Below, in pieces: positions 39,560 to 50,060 of a stretch of DNA of 64,000 nt. How positions within the stretch are numbered: position 1 is the first letter of the stretch; every line of letters starts with the position of its first letter. The notes beneath the pieces were generated by a model, which was given only the letters and a program-made list of their open reading frames with translations, ran no database searches and was not told the origin of the DNA. The position numbers and the translations under genes were made by a program. This DNA comes from Callorhinchus milii (Eukaryota), in the NCBI RefSeq assembly GCF_018977255.1, contig NW_024704743.1, positions 78,060,001-78,124,000 on the forward strand. The letters are read 5' to 3'.

Positions 39560-40130
39560 AACGACTAAATGGGAAATGGAATGTGATTTCCTTGATGGAG
39601 TGGGACCTTTTGGACATATTCAGCAACAATAAGAATGCTGCGATAGGCTTCAGGAGCAAAAACAAAACAACCCTGAATTGCGATAGTGTATCTTTCCGCA
39701 AATTCCAAATGACAAGCAGTGTCCAAATTGATTCCATCAAAACAGTAAAGTTACTGGACATAATATTGTCCAGTGATTTAAAGCAGGATGCCCTTCATAG
39801 ATTTAATCCATAAAAAGGAAAACAAAAGACTTCTACTTAACAATGCTCAACAGAACAAAGTTGAGAGATGATGACTTACTTATGATGTATGTCATTGATT
39901 TGACAATGCCTTGAATATATTTGGCAATTATTGTAAACTGGATTGTCATCTGACAGGAATAGTGAGCGAAGCTCAATAGAATAGAATTGTTAGAAGCAGG
40001 AAAAGTCCATTGACCCAATAAGCCCATCTCAAGAAAGAGCCCACCAAAATAATACATTGTGTGGTTCATTGCATACAAGATTTTGGAAAAGCTGGACAAT
40101 AGATAAGAGAAGGTATTTATTGATGTTGGT
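39560..40130 (+). mobile_element. Ancient LINE RT C-terminal remnant (L2/Crack/Daphne-like)
   Basis: IDSIKTVKLLDIILSSDLK (compare V..FKLLG..I..DL.W), followed by degenerate KRL...ML.R, DDDLLMMY and CLEY segments. Confidence 0.5.
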
Positions 40131-41404
40131 GGGGTGGGGGCGGGGGAGTTGTGGTTGTAACCAGTATTTAGTTGACTGGTCCCACACACTGTAACATTTC
40201 ATAATAAAATAAAATAATAATCATTACATTCGGTATAACACCTTTCAAGTCAGGAGACATCCAAAAGCGCTTCACAGGATTTACTGTGGAGTGGAGTGAC
40301 TGTGTGTTCTCAGGAGCACAACAGTCCAATTGTGCACAGCAATGTCCCATAAAGAGCCATGAACTGAATGACCAATTTTATTTGAAGGATTGTTGGAAAC
40401 TCCCTCCCTAATTACGAAAGGAGCAATGCCCGCAAGATATCAAACTAGTTTCAGTATTTCAATTTTAATTATTCAAGTCTTGTAAATTTGTACTAATAAA
40501 GATTTAAGCATCCCACATTGATCTTATTGTCTGTATATCTCCCACAAATATACAGTCAATTCACTTTAAAGTACATTCTGTGAAGCACTTTGAGATGTCA
40601 AGAAGAGGTGAAAAGGACTATATCAAATGCAAGGATTATTATTATATATATCTCCTCTATTCCAGATTTTAAACTGTGTAATGTGATTTAGCTTCAGTCA
40701 TTTTGTGATAAACATTGCTTTAACCACAATCTTCTTTTCAATGTGATTTTTGCCATTGTGGGCAGCTAGCTTTTTAGTTATTTGTATCTTGTGATACAGT
40801 ATTCCTGTTTTCTTTAGGTTTGTTCGAATTGAATTGTGTTGGCTGCTTTCTGATAATCCTCAAAATTTTCTGTTCACAAAGCTTCTAATAAAGGGAAATT
40901 GCGATAAACAAGATAAATGAATTGCTCTTCAACAAATGTTTAATCGTTTAATTAACTTAAGTTGTAACTTCATGTGCAAAAATCAAACTATGCCTTTCTG
41001 TAATCTTGAAATTATTGATTTTCTGTGTGATCTGTGTGGCTCCTTTCCCCCACCCCCACAAGGCTAACTTTAGCCAAGTCTATTAAATGTACATTTGTGT
41101 AATACTAGAGTGGCACCAGCTGGCTGTGTGGAGTATAGCAGCTCTCTGAAAGCCATGGGAATCCTTCCCATCAGTATCTGAGAAATGACTGATTCAGTGG
41201 ATTGAACTGATGGGTGAAAGAGGAAGAGAACTCAGCATTATTTTACAGGAAAACATTTAGGTTGAAAACCTTTCAACACTATGATAAGAAGAGTGACTAG
41301 AACCTGAAATACAACAACAACTTGCGCTTACATAGCACCCTCCACACAGTCTCAGAGCAGTTAAAATAACTTGTATCTGACATGTGGAAAAAATATTTAG
41401 GAAC

Positions 41405-41625
41405 CGTTGGAAATGCACCACTAGTCAATCTGCATCTGAAAGACAAAGGTAGGTTAATGTTTTTGAGCAAAACCCTTCCTCGGAATCATTAACCTACATT
41501 GTTTATGTCTAGTTGACCAGTTCGGACGAAGGGTCGTGGACCCAAAACGTTGACTCAGTTTCCTTTCTCCAAAGATGCTGCCTGACCTGCTAGGTGTTCC
41601 CAGCAACTTCTGCTTTTTGTTTCAG
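41405..41625. mobile_element. Two Penelope-like pLTR fragments in inverted arrangement (- 41405-41485; + 41518-41625)
   Basis: The + copy is nearly identical to 2306-2410. The reverse complement of 41405-41485 gives a decayed version (cgaggaagggttttgctcaaaaacattaac...cagatgc). Confidence 0.6.
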
Positions 41626-41968
41626 AACAATCAGAGTCTCCTCTCCAATATCTGTATATTGACAACAAGCAAGAAATAGCAATGAGAGGTGCATTACAAA
41701 GGTCACTTTGCTTACGGAATCTTAAATTACTTCTAAAAGTGATGTCTAAAAAAGTGGTTGAGCAGCTCTCATCGCAATTTCAAGGCAACCTTGAGACTAC
41801 TAGCAAAAATGGCTTTATTTCCAGGGAATCTCCTGTACTTTCTACTCACATAGTCCAAGCTGACACTCTAATGCAATACTGGGGGTGTGATGCGTTGTCA
41901 GAGGTGCGTCCTTCAGATGAGACTTTAAACTGAGGCACGCTGCGTGTTCATTAAAGACTGCATATCAA

Positions 41969-42291
41969 AATAAATAATAATAATCCTTGCATTTGATATA
42001 GTGCTTTTCACATCTTCTAGATGTCTCAAAGCGTTTCACAGAATATATTGTATCCCATAAATAGTGGTGGATTGAAGTGATCAATTTATTATTGGCGTTT
42101 TTTCTTGAGGAATTATTATCCCCAGAAAAGCGATTTGCCAATCGACTAACAACCGGGTTCTTACCTACTGTTAGGCAAACAGAGGCATGCGGAGTAAAGA
42201 AACTTGCCCAACATTTTGCCCTGCCGGGAATTGAACCCAGGTCTCTCACTTGCAAGGCGAGTGCTCTAACCACTGAGCTACAGAACGCCAC
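41969..42291 (-). mobile_element. Same tRNA-derived SINE family
   Basis: Head, middle and tail match 35131-35500 in reverse orientation, with an internal deletion. Confidence 0.88.
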
Positions 42292-45200
42292 TATTCAAAA
42301 AGTGAGGAGAGTTAAAAAAGAGAGTGTCCTGACCATCCATTCCGCAGCCACTTCAAGGCTGTTTGTCCCTGAACTGGCTATCGTGCATCTCGCCTGGAAT
42401 GCCTGATGTTGACACTGACATCGGTACCAAAAGGAAAAAAAGTTTTCTTTCCATAGCCCTGCATGTCATCGGATATACTAAAAAGTAGAATTTGAGGAAA
42501 GATCTTAGAAAAATCAAATAATTCCAGATATTTCCCAATATCTAGAGAATACGCGAAGCCACAAATTAAGCTAACGTTTAGTTATTCAACTAATTCCCAG
42601 GATTTCTGACATTGTGCTACTTTAGCAATGGTTCCAAAATCTGCCAATGGATTGCCTAACCTTCATGAATAAATTGTGAAGAAACCACCATCTCCCTCCG
42701 CACTGTACAGTCTGCCTTCGTCTACTATACACCACAGACCCCATTAAAATGAATGGGCCTCCCTGACAGATAGCTGGTTCTCTGTCTATTACAGTGAATT
42801 CCCCTTATTGTCATTTTCACTCTGGTGGCCAACAAAAGTGATAGCCGCAGGGTTTGACCCCCAGGATCACGTTGTTTCCCTCAGAGAACTATTGTGCACT
42901 AAAACTATTGTGCTGTAAAGCAAGTCAGTCAGCCGCTTTTGCAGGTGGATGTTACTGTTTTATTATGGCGATTGGCCTTTGAGAAGATGTGAACACTCAC
43001 ATCAGAAAGAAGACAGCACAATGGCAATGAAGTGTATGTGCGCGAAAACATTGTGTGCAAATAAACATGACAACAGGCAAATGTCATCTGAAAGGTCACT
43101 GTTCTTCATGGAATCCTAAGTTGCTTTCTTAGTCTAAAAGTGGTGTCTAAAAAGTGTCTAGCACCCTAACCACCATGTAAGCGTTAGCGAAAATGGCTCA
43201 CAACAGAAACAGTTTTTATATTCAGGGAATCCCTGTATGTCGGGATTTTTAACACATAGTTTGAACTGATACTCTAGTGTAGTGCTGAGGGTGTGCTGCA
43301 TTGTGACTTTGGATGAGACATTATAACAAGGTCCCATCTGCAAGTTCAGGTGCATGTTAAGGATCCCATGGCACTGTTCAAAAAAGAAGAGCGTTTCTCC
43401 CAGTGTCCTGGACAACAAATCCACAGTCACAAAACTGGTCATTCACTTCATGGCTGTGGGATATTTTTGTGTGCAAATAGGCTGCTGCGGTCACCTACAA
43501 AGTACTCAGTCTTTACTGCACTAAAACCTGTGAAGCAATGTAATACATCTCCTGATGTGAAAGATGCTCTATCAAATGCAAGGATTATTATTATTTATTA
43601 GTATTATTTTGTCATGTAGACTCATAAGACTTTGACTCTGAATACGGGTCCTTGCTGAGGTCTAGTGACTACTTTCTGTAGTGAGGAATTGTTGGAGAGA
43701 ACAATTTTCGCATTGAGGGGACTTTTGCAGTTCAAGCATTGGTCCAGTTCAGATTTTACTTTTAACTTGCAGTACTTTTAAATAATTTACCTAATGTGGA
43801 GGAAAAATAGGTGTGATGTGGACTTATGGGGTATGAAGTATACCACTCTCGAGGCATTTCCCATAAGTGACTGAATACTCTGTTGCTTGCATAGTATCAG
43901 TGACCTGAAATTCCACTGTTTTTAATACCTAATTATCTTCAAATGTCCCACAAATCAAAATGTTCCCAGAGTGCTGCACAATCTTACATTTTAAAATCGA
44001 ATGGTCATAAAAGTTAAGACTGGGTGTAATTTCAGGCTCCAGATCAACCCAGTCATGAGATATGAATGATAATTCCACAGCTCCTCATCACATAACCTTT
44101 AACTATTACCAGAACAGTGTACCTTTCAAAAGTTAGTTCTAATGATTATATTGAAATTTATCTGAATACCTTTTTGGGGGGAGTGGGCTCAGTTTGATGG
44201 GGGACACAAATAAATATGCATCACAATGCTTAAAGACTACCAGAACAAACAACTGAGAGGCCCATTTATGAATAGTTTCCAGTTGCTTGAATAGTTCCTG
44301 AATTTCTTCACTCAAGTCAATTGGGCCACGTAAGGAAGTTGCTTTCCTTTGATTTAGATGTCAGCCTGATGTGGTCAGCTCAGTTGATAACACTCTTGGC
44401 TTTGAGTCAATAGTCATGGGGATTTTGAACTCACATAGGCTGACAATCAATTCAGTGCTGAGGGAATGCATTGTTGGAGGTGTCCTTTGGATAAAATGTT
44501 AGACCAAGATCCCGCCTGCCTGTTCAGGTGGACATTAACAATGACCACAGCATTAAAGAGTCCATGGCACTATTTGAAAAGAGAAGAGTTTCTCATAGTG
44601 TCCTGGCCCCAGATAAAAAAATTGTTCATTCTATTTATGGCTGTTCATGCGACATTTCAATATGCAAATTGACAGTCACATTCACTTATAAAATCAAGTC
44701 ACTACACTTCACAGTGAATCCTGTGAAGTGCTTCGAGCTATCCTCGTGATGTGAAAGGTGCAACATCAAATAGCAGGATTATTGTCAATGTTTAAAAGCT
44801 ACAGGTTTAAATAAGCAATAGTTTAATGGATTCAATTTTGTTTGCTGACAGGTGGAATGCTGCAAATGGAGCTGTTTTGCAGCCTTGAGCCATTATTTGC
44901 CAAATAATCATATTGAGTTTCATCTTATGAACACTTTGATCTGTGTATTTATACTGTAAACTAACATGAGAGCTGATAAATGTTACGACAGAGCATAGAA
45001 ACCAATTACCCAAAACCATGTTTTCATTTTTAAAGTAATTTTTGTTATAATTGATTTTCTGAAAGTGCCTTAGATACTGCTCAACATACTTGTAATTGTA
45101 ATTGAAGCTAAACTTAACACATTTACACATACCAAAACGACTAGCCATTTGAGGCATTTTGTGTCTTTTACACGTTGAACATTTTCATATAGACATATTT

Positions 45201-46724
45201 AAATTCCAATCACCAAATTGCAACGACATAAACGCAAAACAGTCAAATGTTTTGTGATTATTCAGTTCACTCATCAGTACGTCAAGCTTTGAAACTGTGC
45301 TACTTCGTGTTTTGCAAACCAAAGCAGCAAGCAGCAGGGAGACACTGTAAGCTTGTCACTCCTTACACAAACATGGTATTGAAAGTAGACCAAAGAGCTC
45401 CCCTAGTGGGTAAAAATGCACCACTAAGCCACAGGACCTTAATTTCTCATGCTCTTAGATTTAACAACAACAATAACTTGCATTTATATAGCCCCCTTCA
45501 CGTAGGGTAGAGTTTCAGAGTGCTTAACAGTGGTGGACGTTGACACTGAACCAGGGAGAAAGAGGAAGTGAACACAGGCACAGTCGAAGAGAAGAGTCTT
45601 CAGGTGTGATCTGAAGACAGACAAGGAGGCGGCAAGTGGAGGGATTGAGGCAGAGTCTTGGGGTATAGTAGCTGAAAAATTCTTACATTCAGCCGTAATT
45701 TGTGAATCAGTTTTGCACACGTCTTAGAAAGAGTCCAGCTTACAAATTCAGATTATATGCACAATTCAGCTGCTGCGTTCACCTACAAGTAGTCACTACA
45801 ATTTACAGTGAATCCTGTGAAGTGCTTAGGGATGTCCTCCCAAAGTGGAAGGTGTTATACCAAGTGCAAGGCGTTTTATAATGGAATTTAAGAAATTTCC
45901 TCAATTCTGCAGCATTCTAAAATTATAAGACAGAATGGGTTTACAGGCTGAGGGTTCAATTTGTGGCCTCTAGTCTCTGATATGATGGATAGCTACGTAG
46001 GGGTGTGGCATTCGAGGGCGATCGGTGCTGTGTAATTCTGATGAAGATGGGGAGAGAATTTATTTTTAAAGAAAAACCAGAATAAATGCATTGATGCAAT
46101 GAGTTCACCAGTACCACAGGTTTCACTGAGCAAATGGGTTATAGTTTGCAATGGTTCTTGCATAATGCATCCATCAATTTTCACTGTCTCTATGGAGTCA
46201 CTGTTTCATAGCTTGTTTTGTGGTCCTTATCATGCCCTGTTAACATACTTTTTTTCATTTTTGCTCCCCACGTCCACGCACCATCTCCAGTTCAGACCTC
46301 CTCTGAGGCCTCTGGCAATGTTGTTATGAAACCAGGAAGAGATCGCAGGAGCCCAGTAACTCTCTCTTCCTTACATTTTGCTTTTCTGTGGGGCTGTTTG
46401 TCCTCAGAGACTTCCCCCGGGACCACAGCTGAGATTGGGACTGCACCATTGCAGAGGACTGTGTGTCCACCCACTCCACTCCGGTTATTGATACACCGAT
46501 TAAGCCTCTGACGTGGGGGCACCAAACCACACGGCTGGAATTTGACAAACTCGGCACAAAGCTGCAAACAGGTGAGCGGCACAACTCTGCATAATAGGTA
46601 TTGGCTAAAACCACTTTAGTTTGGGCGCTGAAACCACTTTCTGATAAGTTTCCAGCGAGGACCACCCGACCCGCTTCAGGCTTTGGTTCACACAATTAAT
46701 CTGTAAATCTCTGCTCCGAATGAC

Positions 46725-47230
46725 GGGGCGGAGTGGGGAGGGGGGCAGTGGGGGGGGGGGCAGTGGGGAGGGGCAGTGGGAGGGGGCAGTGGGAGGGGGG
46801 GCAGTGGAGGGGGGGGCAGTGGGGGGGGGGCAGTGGGAGGGGGGCAGTGGGAGGGGGGGGCAGTGGGGGGGGGGGCAGTGGGAGGGGGGGCAGTGGGAGG
46901 GGGGGGGCAGTGGGAGGGGGCAGTGGGGAGGGGCAGCGGGAGGGGGCAGTGGGAGGGGGCAGTGGGAGGGGGCAGGGCAGCGGGAGGGGGCAGTGGGAGG
47001 GGGCAGTGGGAGGGGGCAGTGGGAGGGGGCAGTGGGGAGGGGGGGGGCAGTGGGGAGGGGGGGGCAGTGGGGAGGGGGGGGGCAGTGGGAGGGGGGGGGC
47101 AGTGGGGGGGGGGCAGTGGGGGGGGGGGCAGTGGGGAGGGGGGGCAGTGGGAGGGGGGCAGTGGGGGGGGCAGTGGGGGGGGGCAGTGGGGGGGGGCAGT
47201 GGGGGGGGGGGCAGTGGGAGGGGGGGGGTG
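46725..47230 (+). repeat. G-rich minisatellite (G3-12 CAGT G3-4 A)n, G-quadruplex-prone
   Basis: Directly visible repeats of GGGGGCAGTGGGA with variable G-run length. Confidence 0.95.
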
Positions 47231-47439
47231 GCATTGGTGCTGCCGATGAGCCATGGAGTCCTGTGGAGCCGCTCGGCTCAGGAACCCGACCAGAGACCGA
47301 CACGGAGGGCGGCGCTCGATCATGACATTCCGCAGCCAAGACGTCGGGATCGGGAAACCTGTTCCGATGCCACTTCAGCTCCAGGAGACCCGGAGCCCGT
47401 CCCTGGGGGGGACCCGCTCAGGGGTCAAGCAACCACTGC

Positions 47440-47750
47440 CCAACCAATGAGAGGGCGACCTCGGGACAGCGCATGAGAACGCGGGGGCGGGGCAGCCAAT
47501 GAGAGCGCGGGATCGAAGCAGCCAATGAGAGGCGGGAGCGAGGCAGCCAATGAGAGGAGGGGCAGGGCAGCCAATGAGAGGCGGGGTCGAAGCAGCCAAT
47601 GAAAGAAGGGGCGAAGCAGCCAATGAGAGGAGGGGCGGGGCAGCCAATGAGAGCGCGGAATCGAAGCAGCCAATGAGAGTCGGGGGCGGGGCAGCCAATG
47701 AGAGGCGGGGGCGAAGCAGCCAATGAGAGGAGGGGCGGGTGAAGATGGCG
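47440..47750 (+). promoter_or_regulatory. eef1e1 CpG-island promoter: tandem CCAAT(NF-Y)/GC-box array, with a YY1-like AAGATGGCG over the start codon
   Basis: CCAAT starts at 47444, 47496, 47522, 47547, 47571, 47596, 47620, 47644, 47670, 47695 and 47720, mostly as GCAGCCAATGAGAG, interleaved with GGGGCGGG. CpG-rich from about 47230 to 47850. Confidence 0.8.
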
Positions 47751-47828
47751 CTGGCGGAGCTGTGCGCTCTGGAGAAGACTCTCGGTCTGAGGAGAAACCA
47801 GTTCAGTGACTGTCAGGGCGACAGTGGG
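47745..47828 (+). CDS. eef1e1: eef1e1/AIMP3 coding exon 1 (MALAELCALEKTLGLRRNQFSDCQGDSG)
   Basis: ATG in strong context (AAGATGG) within a CpG island. The peptide resembles the vertebrate EEF1E1 N-terminus (AELSLLEKSLGL). It ends at a GGG|gtgagt donor in phase 0. Confidence 0.92.
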
Positions 47829-47899
47829 GTGAGTGCAGCGCCGCCAGAGCAGCTCCAACCACAGGCACTCACTGCACTCAGCCTGACACTGCCTGGGAT

Positions 47900-49409
47900 C
47901 AGCACAGGGCACAGCACACAGCACAGCACAGGGCACAGGGCACAGGGCAGAGCACAGGCTACAGGGCAGAGCACAGGGTACAGGACACAGCACAGGGCAC
48001 AGGACAGGGCACAGGACAGGGCACAGCACAGGGCACAGGACAGGGCACAGAGCACAGGGCACAGAGCACAGCACAGGGCACAGGACAGGGCAGAGCACAG
48101 GGCACAGGACAGGGCAGAGCACAGGGTACAGGACACAGCACAGGGCACAGGACAGGGCAGAGCACAGGGTACAGGACAGGGCACAGGACAGGGCAGAGCA
48201 CAGGGCACAGGACAGGGCAGGGTACAGCACAGGGCACAGAGCACAGCACAGGGCACAGGGCAGGGCACAGCACAGGGCACAGAGCACAGCACAGGGCACA
48301 GCACAGGGCACAGCACAGAGACAGCACAGGGCACAGCACAGGGCACAGCACAGGGCACAGCACAGAGCACAGCACAGGGCACAGGACAGGGCACAGGACA
48401 GGGCAGAGCACAGGGCACAGAGCACAGGACAGGGCACAGGACAGGGCACAGGACAAGGCACAGGACAGGGCACAGCACAGGATACAGGGCACAGCACAGG
48501 GTACAGGGCACAGGACAGGGCAGAGCACAGGGTACAGGGCACAGCACAGGACGGCACAGGGCACAGGACAGGGCACAGCACAGGGTACAGGGCAGAGCAC
48601 AGGGTACAGGGCACAGCACAGGACGGCACAGGACAGGACAGGGCACAGGACTGGGTACAGGGCACAGCACAGGACAGGGCATAGCACAGGGCACAGAGCA
48701 CAGCACAGGGCACAGGACAGGGCAGAGCACAGGGTACAGGACACAGCACAGGGTACAGGGCACAGCACAGGGTACAGGACAGGGTACAGCACAGGGCACA
48801 GGGCACAGCACAGGGTACAGGGCACAGCACAGGGTACAGGGCACAGGACAGGGTACAGGGCAGAGCACAGGGTACAGCACAGGACAGGGCAGAGCACAGG
48901 GTACAGGGCACAGCACAGGATAGGGCACAGGGCACAGCACAGGATAGGGCACAGGACAGGGCAGGACACAGCACAGGGTACAGGGCACAGCACAGGACAC
49001 AGCACAGTACAGGGCACAGCACAGGGCAGAGCACAGGACACAGGACAGGGCAGGGCACAGCACGACACAGCACAGGGTACAGGGCACAGCACAGGATAGG
49101 GCACAGGACAGGGCACAGCACAGGGCACAGCACAGGGCACAGGACAAGGCACAGGACAGAGCACAGGACAGGGCACAGCACAGAGCACAGGGCACAGCAC
49201 AGGGCACACCACAGAGCACAGCATAGAGAGCAGGGTACGGCATAGAGCACAGACCACAGGGCACAGAACAGGGCATAGGGCACAGGACACAGAGTATGGC
49301 ACAGGGCTGGATCACAGGGCACATGGCATAGAGCTGAGGGCACAGAGCACAGGGCTGGGTCACAGGGCACAGGGTTAGGGAGGGAGGGAGGGAGGGAGGG
49401 AGGGGGAGG
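47900..49409 (+). repeat. Low-complexity satellite (GCACAG/GGGCACAG/GGACAG/GGTACAG)n followed by (GGGA)n, at the start of eef1e1 intron 1
   Basis: Directly visible. The + strand is nearly T-free. (GGGA)n lies at 49377-49409. Confidence 0.95.
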
Positions 49410-49655
49410 TTTGTCAGGCTCTGACAATCTACTGAACATTATTTCTCCATTGCACCAAATGCAATTATGATCTGCTGTTAATTCTGCTGAGTAATGTCAT
49501 TCATGTGGACATTGCCACGTATTGCCATTTGCTTCAAAACCTGCTGTTGACCAGAGAGGGAGAAATAAACTGATTAAAGCAAACACTGCAATGTAAGAAA
49601 TTGGTCATGCAAATCATTGAGGCAATTTTTAGACTGTACGATTAGTAAATTATTT

Positions 49656-50060
49656 GTGTCAGTCTGGCTCAGTTGGTAGTCCTTTCGCCTCTGGGTCAGG
49701 AGGTTGTGGATTCAAGTCCCAGGTCAGGACTTGAACTGACATAGTCTAAGATGACGCTCCCACGCAGTGCTGGGAGGTGTTGAATTGAGAGATATGCTGT
49801 CCTATGGATAAGACATTAAACCGAGGTCCTGTCTGCCTGTTCAGGTGGAAGTTAAAGATCTCATGGCACGATTCGAAAAGAGAAGGAAGTTTCCCTGGCC
49901 AACAATCCAACAAATAAAATTGGTCGCTCACTTCACGGCTGTTTTGGGGATATTGCTATGCTCAAATTCGCTGCCGCATTTGCCCACAAATACACAGTCA
50001 ATCCTGTAAAGCACTTTGGAACATCCTCCCAATGTGAAAGGTGTAAGGATTATTATTATC
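49656..50060 (+). mobile_element. DeuSINE-type SINE in eef1e1 intron 1
   Basis: Full head-Deu-tail structure as in 34692-35130. Further copies at about 1-230, 18368-18600, 28585-28830, 30800-31170, 33655-33965, 43250-43590 and 44358-44785 (+), and 17925-18205, 38415-38797 and 50815-51070 (-). Confidence 0.8.

Noticed and set aside
46605..47476. Pro-rich and Gly-rich ORFs on both strands
   Set aside because: Translations of the G-tract minisatellite.
47440..47740. Regularly spaced ~25-bp units superficially like a CRISPR array
   Set aside because: Eukaryotic context, the intervening sequences are themselves repetitive, and there are no cas genes.
47418..49439. Long Cys-rich or Gly/Thr/Gln-rich ORFs (673, 516, 447 and 394 aa) resembling keratin-associated proteins
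   Set aside because: They are open in several frames only because the satellite lacks stop codons. Only the first ~28 codons of 47739..48923 are real (eef1e1 exon 1, which ends at a canonical donor).
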